Shown here in pieces: positions 7,770-16,892 of a stretch of DNA of 64,000 bases (positions are counted from its first letter, which is position 1; each line of letters begins with the position of its first letter). A model generated the notes under the pieces. The model saw only the letters and a list, made by a program, of their open reading frames with translations, searched no databases and was not told the origin of the DNA. The position numbers were made by a program, and so were the translations under genes. Source of the stretch: Flavobacteriales bacterium (GTDB lineage Bacteria; Bacteroidota; Bacteroidia; Flavobacteriales_F; PHOS-HE28); contig JBEPUG010000001.1 in assembly GCA_041691695.1 (NCBI GenBank), forward strand, positions 23,922 through 87,921, given 5' to 3'.

Positions 7770-8744
7770 TCAAGAGACCGCGTGTGCGGATGGCCACATG
7801 GAACGCAGATCACGCCCTATAAGTTCGGAGAGACTGGCAACATCGTCAGCATAATAACTCCCCAATTCCTGGGCCTGCGCAGGAGACATGGACGGCATCG
7901 ACTCCTTGGAATAGAGGAGATCCTTGAATCCGCCGCGCATGGATCTCGGAACCATGTCCTTCACACGGCGCAATACCCCAGAGCGCACCAGCAACCTGTT
8001 CAGCGTAGCATTTCGGGGCACAGCTGCCTCGTTGAATCGCTCCGATCCATCCAAACTCAACTCCTGGTCAACGCCTAAGCCTCGCAGCACCTCCCGTATC
8101 AGCGCGTTGGGGTCCGCCTTGAGATCTTCCTGGAACAGGATGTGCACTTGGTCCTTGGGGAAGAGTGCGAGGTATCGCTCAACCTGTTCGGCGTATCGGC
8201 CCAAGGCCAAGTATTGATGATTGATGCCCCATCCCTTGTGCGGCAATGCGTCATCGGTGTAAACCTCCTTCAGAAAATCGGGCTCGGTGGTCTTTCCTTC
8301 CCGCAGGTTCATCACATACTGGGACCAGGCCCGTCGCACGGGATCGCGCAGCATGAAGAAGATCTTGGCATCCGGCCTGACCGCATGTATGGCTGCCGCC
8401 GCTGAAGGGGAGATGGCATAGGAGGGGCAAACCTCACCGATCATCTGACCCGAACGGGCCTTGGACAATAATTTGAGATAGTCCTCAGCACGCTCCACAT
8501 GGGCGATATGCACCACCTCGCGCATCCCATTGGCCAAATATCCCGGGAGGTCCAAGCGGACGTCCAGCGCGTATTCCCGGGAGAACTCAGAAGGTCGCAT
8601 GTCAGCCCTCGAGAAGTGGTTCGTCTCCTTTATCGGTCCCAAGTGGACCTGCGCGTGGCGCGCCAAGATGTTATACAGCGCCGTTGTTCCGCCCTTGACC
8701 ACACCGACCACAAAGAAGTCGGGGTAGCGTGTCTGCTCACCCAT
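7770..8744 (-). CDS. Sulfotransferase domain protein (ST-2, heparan-sulfate/aryl sulfotransferase-like fold)
   Basis: The ATG is at 8744 (MGEQTRYPDFFVVGVVKGGTTALYN). The 3'-PB motif is FFMLRDPVRRAWSQY. Confidence 0.85.
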   Translation of the reverse strand: MGEQTRYPDFFVVGVVKGGTTALYNILARHAQVHLGPIKETNHFSRADMRPSEFSREYALDVRLDLPGYLANGMREVVHIAHVERAEDYLKLLSKARSGQMIGEVCPSYAISPSAAAAIHAVRPDAKIFFMLRDPVRRAWSQYVMNLREGKTTEPDFLKEVYTDDALPHKGWGINHQYLALGRYAEQVERYLALFPKDQVHILFQEDLKADPNALIREVLRGLGVDQELSLDGSERFNEAAVPRNATLNRLLVRSGVLRRVKDMVPRSMRGGFKDLLYSKESMPSMSPAQAQELGSYYADDVASLSELIGRDLRSMWPSAHAVS

Positions 8745-9066
8745 GCCGTCGTTTTTCGTTGATCGAACTTTCAATAAATGTCTCCCAAATTTCGGTTCCC
8801 GTGAAAGAGGACACGTCACCTAGCGCGAATTCTTCGGTCACGTTCAACGTATGCAGCGCTCCAAGCGTTGCAACCCGTGGGTGGTGCTCGTGATCTATGG
8901 TCTTCGCAGGTGTCATCGAAAGAATGGATAGCCGGTCCGCATCATCAAAACAGAGGAGGTCTCGCTGCTAATTGCGGACGATTACGGACTCCCGCATGCT
9001 GCAAGAAGTGGTAAAAATAAGCATACCCATTCGCACCGGAACTGCGTATCACCACCAACGCCAGGT

Positions 9067-9080
9067 CCACCACTTGGTGG
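9067..9080. promoter_or_regulatory. 14-nt palindrome CCACCACTTGGTGG in the 385-bp divergent non-coding region of the polysaccharide locus
   Basis: Read directly from the sequence. It lies about 50 nt upstream of the ATG at 9129. Confidence 0.2.
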
Positions 9081-9128
9081 CATGCCTACATTCGAACCCC
9101 GCCGATATAACGTGAAGGAATAAAGACC

Positions 9129-9866
9129 ATGGTCATAAGTGATACACACCGCTTTGTCTTCATCAACCTGCCGCAAACAGCGAGTACAGCTATCCAGAAA
9201 GAGTTGATAGACCAGTATGACGCGCGGGAATTCCTGTTCAAACATGCACTGTATCGGACAGACTATCTGAAGGGCGCCAGCGCTGCACAACAGAAGTACC
9301 GCACCATCTCAGGTCTTCGTGACCCGATGGACATCACCGTAAGTACCTACTTCAAGGTCAAGAGCGACCATGAGAACCGGTACACCGACGCGAAGGCGAA
9401 TAAGATCAAGCATGGCTTTCTGCGGAAGCACATCATGTTCTGGTGGAACAAACGCAGCTATAAGGACATCGTAGGGTCGGAGCTGACCTTCTCGGACTGG
9501 TTCATGAAGAACCATCGCATCCCATATGCGAGTTGGAGCATACTGGACCACAAGCACTTCACGAAAGTGATCCGGTATGAGAACCTCCAAGAGGATTTCG
9601 CCGATGCACTCCGCGTGATGGGCATCCCCCAAAAAAGACCGCTTCCTATCGGGAATAAGACCGCGATCAAGTCCAAGCACTTCACCGCGTATTTCGACAC
9701 CGCAGCGTCTCGGAGTCGTGCGAAATTCGTCTTCGGCCCCTATATGGCCGAGTGGGGCTACACCTTCCCCGCGGAATGGGACAACATCAAGATACCACGC
9801 TCCTCATTCATGCTTTACCGCTTGATCAACCTGGGACGGAAATTCTTTTGGTCCCACCTGCGCTGA
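9129..9866 (+). CDS. Sulfotransferase family protein (ST-3, divergent, carbohydrate-sulfotransferase-like)
   Basis: HRFVFINLPQTASTAIQKEL resembles the F-x-H-x-PK-x-GG-T-S type PAPS loop. A second motif is SGLRDPMDITVSTY. This is the only plus-strand gene in this half of the locus. Confidence 0.65.
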   Translation: MVISDTHRFVFINLPQTASTAIQKELIDQYDAREFLFKHALYRTDYLKGASAAQQKYRTISGLRDPMDITVSTYFKVKSDHENRYTDAKANKIKHGFLRKHIMFWWNKRSYKDIVGSELTFSDWFMKNHRIPYASWSILDHKHFTKVIRYENLQEDFADALRVMGIPQKRPLPIGNKTAIKSKHFTAYFDTAASRSRAKFVFGPYMAEWGYTFPAEWDNIKIPRSSFMLYRLINLGRKFFWSHLR

Positions 9867-9872
9867 GTACCA

Positions 9873-11228
9873 TCAAGGCGCCAAGGCGACCGTCGGATCG
9901 GTGCTAGGCAGCCTGGATGCCAGGCACGCGTAGTAATAGGGAATGGTCAGGAAGAGCAGCACCTGCCCAACGTACTGTGTCAACATGCCGTTCGTGAGGG
10001 AATCCAGTGCCAAGCTCAGTATCATGACCTTGCAGGTGACAAAGAAGACATCATTGTCACGGCCGCGGACCCTCAAGGCGTAACTGGCACCCAAGGGGAA
10101 AAGCATGAAGAGCAGCAAGGTCACGGGGTAGCCATACATGAAGATCAACCCGAGATATCCGATGTCCGCCGGAAAGAAGTAACCCATGAATTTTTCATAA
10201 CCATCGGCCTCCCAGTTATGGTAGATGCGCCCACTGCCACTGATGGGATAGCGATGGATGTATTTATCTGCCAAAGCAGCCTCAGAGACGCGCACGGAAG
10301 GGCCCTCACCTGCCACGGGCCTGCCAATGATCGTGCCGATGGCATCCGCAAACATATTATCGTACTGCTCCACCTTTTTGGGTACGAATACCACCAGCAG
10401 AACAACGCCAAGGATCAAGGGAAGCACGGCCAATAGAACGACCCGGGCGATGCGCCGTAGAGGTACGTTGAAAACGAGCCCCACCGCGACACTGATCAAC
10501 ATTACTGCTATGGAGGAGCGGTCCAGCCTGAAATAGACGAGGTAGAAGGCATACAGAGCGGCCGGGATCAAAAGTGCCCATCGGCGCTGCTGGAAGGCTT
10601 TCACGGAATAGTAGACGGACCCGAAGTACACCAGTGTCATATTGAACCGGTAGTAGGCCACTCCGCCTTTCACGGTGTTGGCACCCGCCAACGGCGTATC
10701 CAAGTAGTTCGCAGGGTTCGTGAAGAGCGATGCGAAATAGAAATACGCCAAGCTCAGACCCGCCACTATAACGATGGACTGTTCCAGTTGGCGAAGGGTG
10801 AAGTACCCCGTCCGCATCAAATAAAGCACCAGAAGACCACCAAAAAGAAGATAGAAATCCTTGAAGGCAAGAACCCCGTCCAAGAGAGGTTGGCCAAACG
10901 CCCGATGTGCGCCGAATGCGGCCCATACGGGTACAAGGGCAAGTACCATTCCGGTGATCTCGAAAGCATGGAAATGCCAATCATTCGAGATCCATCGTTG
11001 AATTGCTCTCCATCCGAGCCATAGAGCGAACAACCCCGAAAGGGCGCCCTCTACCGGGCCCATGATCGCGTAGATGTGACTTACCGTAAAGGTCCGGGTG
11101 ATCATGGCCACTAAAAAGCAAAGCAGCAGCATCCGGCCAAAGGTTGCGCTAGGTTGCGCAGGCTTTGCGCGCCAGGAGGCTTGTCCTTCAGCCAGTGAGG
11201 CGAGTGTTGGCGTGATCACCATTTCCAT
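9873..11228 (-). CDS. wzy: O-antigen polymerase/ligase-like polytopic membrane protein (Wzy candidate)
   Basis: The protein is highly hydrophobic with about 10-12 predicted TM segments and sits in a Wzx/Wza/Wzc locus. The start is uncertain: ATGs at 11228, 11222 and 11132 are all possible. The ORF-track N-terminal 58 aa overlap the upstream gene. Confidence 0.6.
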   Translation of the reverse strand: MEMVITPTLASLAEGQASWRAKPAQPSATFGRMLLLCFLVAMITRTFTVSHIYAIMGPVEGALSGLFALWLGWRAIQRWISNDWHFHAFEITGMVLALVPVWAAFGAHRAFGQPLLDGVLAFKDFYLLFGGLLVLYLMRTGYFTLRQLEQSIVIVAGLSLAYFYFASLFTNPANYLDTPLAGANTVKGGVAYYRFNMTLVYFGSVYYSVKAFQQRRWALLIPAALYAFYLVYFRLDRSSIAVMLISVAVGLVFNVPLRRIARVVLLAVLPLILGVVLLVVFVPKKVEQYDNMFADAIGTIIGRPVAGEGPSVRVSEAALADKYIHRYPISGSGRIYHNWEADGYEKFMGYFFPADIGYLGLIFMYGYPVTLLLFMLFPLGASYALRVRGRDNDVFFVTCKVMILSLALDSLTNGMLTQYVGQVLLFLTIPYYYACLASRLPSTDPTVALAP

Positions 11229-12145
11229 TTGGCAAAAAGGTCTTGGTCCAAGAGGAGCCCTAGGTCGCGAACATCGTTGAAAAACACGTCCTTCAGCCGT
11301 GCGATCTCCTCCGGAGTTGGGCCTTCCGACTTGGACAAGTTCCGGGATTTCACATACTTCCGGGCTTGGCTGCGCTTCTCTTCCGGCACGGCTAGTCGCC
11401 ACAGTGGTCGAACCATTTTCTTAAGAGGGTTGTCCGTAGTGATGAATAGTTGCAGGGCCCGCAGCTTGGCAATACCGGATGGATTATGGGCGGAGTCGGC
11501 ATGCTGCAAGGCGTCAGGATCCGCGCCGGCAAAGGAACATACTTCTCGAAGGAACCCGTGCTGATCGGTCTTCAGGTCCTCGAAAAAGAAGACACGCACA
11601 TTACCAAAGGCTTCCATGTAAGCGCGCACTTGCTCGGCATAGCGGCCCATGGCCACATGGTGCCACATGAAGTCCCAATCTTGTCGGATGCGGTCAGGTT
11701 CAGCAGCCAAAGCCTCTTCGAATCCTAACGGTTCGTGCAGGTCCTTAACAAAGTGCATGTAGGAGGACCATGTTCGCTCGACCGGATCACGCAGTACGAT
11801 GCCAATATGCACATCCTTGCCGAGTGTGCGCAGGATCCGGGGGATGGCGACCTCATGATGATAGAGGTATCCGGTACCGATCTCCACGCAAAGTTTATCG
11901 ACCAGAGGAGCATACAATTGCCTGTAACTCTCCTCGTCATGGATGACCGCATCCTTTGGCCGCTGCATAGGATATGGCAATCGCCCTCCTCCCATGCGGT
12001 CATGGTCGAAGTAGAAGGTCTCCTTGCGGGGGATGCCGATGTCCGGGTGTGCTGCCAGTGCGCGTTCAATGGTGGTAGTGCCCGCCTTTGCCGTGCCTAC
12101 CAAAAGAAAACGAGGAAGTTCACCTGCACCCATTAGTTGCACCAT
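11216..12145 (-). CDS. Sulfotransferase domain protein (ST-4)
   Basis: PRFLLVGTAKAGTTTIERAL and IVLRDPVERTWSSY. An alternative ATG at 12133 would give a TAATG overlap with the upstream stop. Confidence 0.85.
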   Translation of the reverse strand: MVQLMGAGELPRFLLVGTAKAGTTTIERALAAHPDIGIPRKETFYFDHDRMGGGRLPYPMQRPKDAVIHDEESYRQLYAPLVDKLCVEIGTGYLYHHEVAIPRILRTLGKDVHIGIVLRDPVERTWSSYMHFVKDLHEPLGFEEALAAEPDRIRQDWDFMWHHVAMGRYAEQVRAYMEAFGNVRVFFFEDLKTDQHGFLREVCSFAGADPDALQHADSAHNPSGIAKLRALQLFITTDNPLKKMVRPLWRLAVPEEKRSQARKYVKSRNLSKSEGPTPEEIARLKDVFFNDVRDLGLLLDQDLFAKWKW

Positions 12146-13047
12146 TTGCTGAGATCACGACCAATGATGACGGCGAGCTGTTTCACATCTTCCTTATAAT
12201 GGTCCACTAGGAAAGCTCGAGCTTCCGCCGACATCGTAGGTCTGTCCAAGGCTTGGCGCAACATGCTGTCCCTACCGGAACGCAGCTTGGCCCGAATTGC
12301 CGAAGGAGCAAGATGGGACATGGCACGTAGCACTTTGTTTCTGCGCAGCATATGCACAAGCCCCCGGTTCTTGGGTATCCCACCGGGATTGGAGCGTGCT
12401 AGGGAGATGGTCATTCTAGCGATGTTCAGTTGGTCGCATACCTCATTGAACATCTCCTGCTGCTCCCGGAGTTCCTCGAACAGAAAGACCTTGAAGTGCG
12501 GAAAGGCGTACTTGTAGCGTTGGACCGCGGTCGCATATTCACCATACCCCAGGTAATCAAAGCCCCAGCGAATGGTCTTTCTCCGCGCTACGATCTCCGG
12601 TCGTATGGCTTCATCGAAGGACAACTCCTCGTGGCCATTCCGTACGAGGTACATCCAATGCGAATAGGCCCTTTCCACCGGGTCGCGCAACACCGCCAAC
12701 ACTTGTAGGTCCTTGGCCTTGGCTCCATAGGCAGCAAGGATATTGGGCACTGCGCGATCCGCTAAGTAGAGGTAGGACGTGGAGCAATCCGCTACGAGCT
12801 TACCGGCTGACGCGTCCTTGTAGAGTGCCTCATATTGCTCCGTGCGCCAGACCAATGTCTTCACAAAAGAGCTATCAGAATAGGAAGGCCGTTCATCAAC
12901 GAAGGAGAAATAATGCGGCTCCTTCTTGGCCAAGGGGATGTACACATCAGGATGCACCAAGAACTGGTGAGCGATGGATGAAGTGCCACTCTTGGCGGCA
13001 CCGACCAGCATCACGTCCGGCAAGATCTTTGGCTTTTCACCCTGCAT
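12133..13047 (-). CDS. Sulfotransferase domain protein (ST-5)
   Basis: DVMLVGAAKSGTSSIAHQF and AVLRDPVERAYSHW. The gene overlaps the 3' end of wzx by 11 nt. Confidence 0.85.
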   Translation of the reverse strand: MQGEKPKILPDVMLVGAAKSGTSSIAHQFLVHPDVYIPLAKKEPHYFSFVDERPSYSDSSFVKTLVWRTEQYEALYKDASAGKLVADCSTSYLYLADRAVPNILAAYGAKAKDLQVLAVLRDPVERAYSHWMYLVRNGHEELSFDEAIRPEIVARRKTIRWGFDYLGYGEYATAVQRYKYAFPHFKVFLFEELREQQEMFNEVCDQLNIARMTISLARSNPGGIPKNRGLVHMLRRNKVLRAMSHLAPSAIRAKLRSGRDSMLRQALDRPTMSAEARAFLVDHYKEDVKQLAVIIGRDLSKWCN

Positions 13048-14368
13048 GGCTCACCTTTTTGCTCCCTCCAAAGGGCCAATAGAACATATTGTAGCCGAAT
13101 CGGCGCTTAATGTGCACCGCTGCAGCCACATTCCATAATCCGAGTGAAATAGAGGATGCCCAAGCCGCGCCCCACATCCCGAATTTGGGAATCAGCACGA
13201 GGTTCAAAACGAAATTCAGCCCCACAGCTACCAGCACGATCTTCGAGAATGCCGATTGGCCGCCGGTCATATTGAGGAAGGCGCCCACCATGCCCGAGGA
13301 CGCGGAAATGAAATGCGCCACCGCCATGATGCGCAGTATACCAGCCCCGGCCACGAATTCAGGTCCAACGAAGCCCATGATCTGATCTGCAAAGATCACT
13401 AGGACCAGCATGAGCGGGGCCGTGGTCCAAAAAATGATCTTCGCGGAATACGCAAGCGTGTCCTCCAATTCTTCCCTCCTACCGCCATGATAGAGTTCGG
13501 CGATCTTTGGCATGGCGATGGTCTTGATGGCGCTGATCACGAACTCAAGACCCACGGAGATCTTTACGGCTGTGCCATAAATACCGACGATGTTCGTGCT
13601 ATCATACCAAGAGAGCATGATCGTGTCCAGCTTTCCATTCAATGTGGTCGTCAACGAGGTCACGATCATTGGCAAAGCCAGCATCAAGTGTTCCCCCATG
13701 TTGATCGGAAGGACGGTGGAACCATGTTCGGCTTCCATCCGATGCAGATAGCGCCTCACGATGTACCATGCCAGAATACCGCAGATAGCCGTAGAAACTG
13801 CATTCACGAATATCGGGGTATCCGGTCCACCTGGGATGACCAGCACACCGATGAAGGTCACGATCAGCACGGCGGGCGAACGCAACAATTCCGATATCGC
13901 GATCTTCTTGGCCCCACGGATGAACTCCACATTCACCAACAACAAAGCATAAAATGGCAAGGACACCCCCATCAACAGGAGCGTGTTCCGATCCAAGCCC
14001 AACCATAGGCCACCGTGCCACAAGGTGAGTACACAGACTCCGACAAGACATGCACCTACCACGATGGCTGTTAACGTAGTAACCTTGAACACGCCATCAT
14101 GCAACGGACGTAATTTGCCCCATTCGCCCTTGGCCCGATATTCAGCGACGGATCGGATGTTGGACGAATTCAGCCCCAAGGTGACCAAGGCTCCGAACAC
14201 AGCCATCCAGGCTGTATAAATGTTGAAGATACCGTTGCCGGAGGCCCCGTAATACTTGGCGATCAATTTGATCAAGCCGTAGGTAAAGGCCAAGCCGATG
14301 ATGCGATAGGCAAAAGCCACCGTTCCACCTCCCAGTAATTCCCGTCGCCCCTTATTTCCGGTCGGCAT
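13037..14368 (-). CDS. wzx: Polysaccharide flippase (Wzx, MOP superfamily)
   Basis: 443-aa polytopic membrane protein with the size and hydrophobicity pattern of Wzx, adjacent to the initiating transferase. Confidence 0.75.
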   Translation of the reverse strand: MPTGNKGRRELLGGGTVAFAYRIIGLAFTYGLIKLIAKYYGASGNGIFNIYTAWMAVFGALVTLGLNSSNIRSVAEYRAKGEWGKLRPLHDGVFKVTTLTAIVVGACLVGVCVLTLWHGGLWLGLDRNTLLLMGVSLPFYALLLVNVEFIRGAKKIAISELLRSPAVLIVTFIGVLVIPGGPDTPIFVNAVSTAICGILAWYIVRRYLHRMEAEHGSTVLPINMGEHLMLALPMIVTSLTTTLNGKLDTIMLSWYDSTNIVGIYGTAVKISVGLEFVISAIKTIAMPKIAELYHGGRREELEDTLAYSAKIIFWTTAPLMLVLVIFADQIMGFVGPEFVAGAGILRIMAVAHFISASSGMVGAFLNMTGGQSAFSKIVLVAVGLNFVLNLVLIPKFGMWGAAWASSISLGLWNVAAAVHIKRRFGYNMFYWPFGGSKKVSHAG

Positions 14369-14395
14369 CCGGGATCTTGTTCGTTGTCATTCCGT

Positions 14396-15775
14396 TCAAT
14401 AACCCTTCTTCTGCCCGGTCAACATGTTCCACACGGTGATCAGGATGATCCTGATGTCCAGCAGGAGTGACCAATTGTATACATACAACCGGTCTTCATC
14501 CACGCGCCTTTCCATGAGAGAAAGCTCCTTTGTTTCTCCGCGGAAACCATGCGCCTGGGCCAGGCCGGTGATACCCGGCTTCAGCCAAAGCCGTTCCATG
14601 TAAGGGTCGATCAGCGAACTGTACTGGCTGGTGTGGGCCAGCATGTGCGGCCGAGGTCCGACAACGCTCATGTCGCCCACGAAAACGTTGAAGAACTGCG
14701 GCAGTTCATCCAAATTCGATCTTCGAAGAAAGGCTCCGATAGCAGTGATGCGCGGATCGTCCTTGCTGGCCTGCACCTTATCAGAAGCCACATTCACGCG
14801 CATCGAACGGAATTTCATGCAGCCGAAGGACCGGTTCAACACGCCTGAACGTTGTTGGATGAAAAAAACCGGTCCCTTGGAGGACAGCTTGATCAATATC
14901 GCAATGATGGGCACCAGCCAAGACATGACCAAAAGGATCACGGCGGAGCTGAACAACAGGTCGAAGCCACGCTTGGTAACACGATCGATGAAATTCCGGT
15001 ACTTCACCGGAACCATGGTAATGAGGGTCGTCGCGCCATTCTGGTCGAAACGAAGCTTGAAGCTGGAATCGTTCAGATATTGGACGAACTCACTGATGAA
15101 CTTCACCATGATGTTGTTCATGGAGCAGAAACGGACCACCGAATCGACCCGGCGATCCATAGGGCTTATCGAGATGTACACCTCATCGATCTTGTTCTCG
15201 ATGACGAAGCGGTCGAAGGTCCTCAAGGACATCCATTCTTCCCCTATCTCACCTTTCTTCCCCATCCAGAAGCGCCCTTTCAATTTGTACCCGTACTCCC
15301 GGTGTCCGTCCACTTCGGCAAGGAAGCGGTTCATCTCGGGATTGTCGCCCACAGTGACGATGCGCTTGAAATTATAACCCGCCCTGCGGTATTTCCGGAT
15401 GAGCAGTAAGAGGATCACACGGACCGAACCTGCTAGCAGGATGAAGATCCCGAAGGTCAAGGGGACCAGTTCCTTCACCAGGTCCATTCCGATGATCATA
15501 TACTCGATAGCGATGGCTCCGAAAAAGGCCATCAGGCCGGAACGTATCACTCCGGCTACGATGGAAGACATATTCGCCCTTCGGTCCAAGGGCCTGAAGT
15601 CCTCGATCAACGAAACAATGACCCACAACAAGGCCATACAACCCCATAGGAGGCGTAACTGCGCCTTATCCAGAAGTCCCGGTTCCCCATAGCAGATGCC
15701 CACGGCCAACCCGAATGAAAACAGGAGTACCCCAAGTTCCAGAAAGAGATAGAGATACCTTTCGTAGCGTGCCAT
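14396..15775 (-). CDS. Polyprenyl-phosphate sugar-1-phosphate transferase (WbaP/exopolysaccharide initiating enzyme type)
   Basis: The ATG is at 15775 (MARYERYLYLF). N-terminal TM helices are followed by a C-terminal bacterial sugar transferase domain (KRGFDLLFSSAVILL, GPVFFIQQRSG, DELPQFFNVFVGDMSVVGPRP). Confidence 0.85.
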   Translation of the reverse strand: MARYERYLYLFLELGVLLFSFGLAVGICYGEPGLLDKAQLRLLWGCMALLWVIVSLIEDFRPLDRRANMSSIVAGVIRSGLMAFFGAIAIEYMIIGMDLVKELVPLTFGIFILLAGSVRVILLLLIRKYRRAGYNFKRIVTVGDNPEMNRFLAEVDGHREYGYKLKGRFWMGKKGEIGEEWMSLRTFDRFVIENKIDEVYISISPMDRRVDSVVRFCSMNNIMVKFISEFVQYLNDSSFKLRFDQNGATTLITMVPVKYRNFIDRVTKRGFDLLFSSAVILLVMSWLVPIIAILIKLSSKGPVFFIQQRSGVLNRSFGCMKFRSMRVNVASDKVQASKDDPRITAIGAFLRRSNLDELPQFFNVFVGDMSVVGPRPHMLAHTSQYSSLIDPYMERLWLKPGITGLAQAHGFRGETKELSLMERRVDEDRLYVYNWSLLLDIRIILITVWNMLTGQKKGY

Positions 15776-16027
15776 TAAGCAATTTTCACGTTCTCTTTTT
15801 CGGCGTGCGAAGCTATGCAGACCCACCTGTAAAAGTCCATTCCAGCTTTGGAGAAGGCCTCTTTTTGATACCGCAACCATTCGCCGCTATCGGAGTATGA
15901 ACTGGCCAAGTGGTAAATCGGTAGGTCAACGGTTGACATTCCTGGAAGCCACTCTATTTTCGCGGCCGTTTTGCTCCTTCGAACGTCGATATCACACCAA
16001 GGTTCGACGAAATTTAACCTCGACCGA

Positions 16028-16879
16028 ATGTCAACTGAACGCAAAAAAGCGTGGTTTCTACCGGTAATGAGGCCGGGGGCCTTATTCCAAGCAATAGGAT
16101 TGACCTTGCTGATCGCGGGCGCTAGTGGTTGCGTCAGTAACAGAAAGATCGTCCTCTTCCAGAATCCTGCCGCTTTCAATCCTGACCGATCTCTGGTCGA
16201 TTCCGTTTTCACAGCCAAGAACTCGCCCCCCACGCTTCGTCCCGGTGACGTGATCTCGGTATCCATCGATCATTACCAGTTGACCCAGACCCCTGCGCCC
16301 TCCCCAGTTGGCGACCAAGGAGATGATGGGGCCATGTTCCGTGCCGTTCAACATCCCTACCTGATCGGCTTCACGGTATCCCCCACAGGCATGGTTGACC
16401 TACCCATTCTGGGCATGGTCACTGTTGGTGGTATGACCATTGAAGACGCGCAGGAGTCCATCCGGACCATTGCAAATAATTTTTACGCCTCCCCTTCGGT
16501 GCGCGTTTACATGCTTAACTATACGATCACCGTGCTGGGCGAAGTGAACCGCCCCGGTCGCTACCCCGTCTATGACAACCGCATGAACATCCTGAACGGG
16601 CTGGGCATGGCAGGCGACCTTACCTCCTTGGCCGACCGCAGCCGCATCAGGGTGGTCCGGACCCGGGACGGTAATAACCATCTGTTCCATCTGGACCTGT
16701 TGGATGAGCATGTGCTTACCGACAGCGCTTTCGTGTTACAGCCGAACGACGTCATCATTGTGGACCCGCTCCGCAGACGCAAATTCTCCGATGGAAGGGA
16801 CACCCAGAACGTGGTCAACATCATGGCCTTGTTGATCTCCATCGCGACCTTGATCGTTACAATAAACATCCACAAGTGA
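16028..16879 (+). CDS. wza: Polysaccharide export outer-membrane lipoprotein (Wza-like, Poly_export + SLBB)
   Basis: Lipobox LLIAGASGC, plus PGDVISVSI, LPILGMVTVGGMTIEDAQESI and VLGEVNRPGRYPV. Confidence 0.85.
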   Translation: MSTERKKAWFLPVMRPGALFQAIGLTLLIAGASGCVSNRKIVLFQNPAAFNPDRSLVDSVFTAKNSPPTLRPGDVISVSIDHYQLTQTPAPSPVGDQGDDGAMFRAVQHPYLIGFTVSPTGMVDLPILGMVTVGGMTIEDAQESIRTIANNFYASPSVRVYMLNYTITVLGEVNRPGRYPVYDNRMNILNGLGMAGDLTSLADRSRIRVVRTRDGNNHLFHLDLLDEHVLTDSAFVLQPNDVIIVDPLRRRKFSDGRDTQNVVNIMALLISIATLIVTINIHK

Positions 16880-16892
16880 TCAACTCTTGGCA

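Noticed and set aside
8982-9290. 102-aa minus-strand ORF in the divergent region of the polysaccharide locus
   Set aside because: It overlaps the 5' end of the plus-strand sulfotransferase gene antisense. It is Cys/Gly/Pro-rich, has no motifs, and has no plausible start context.
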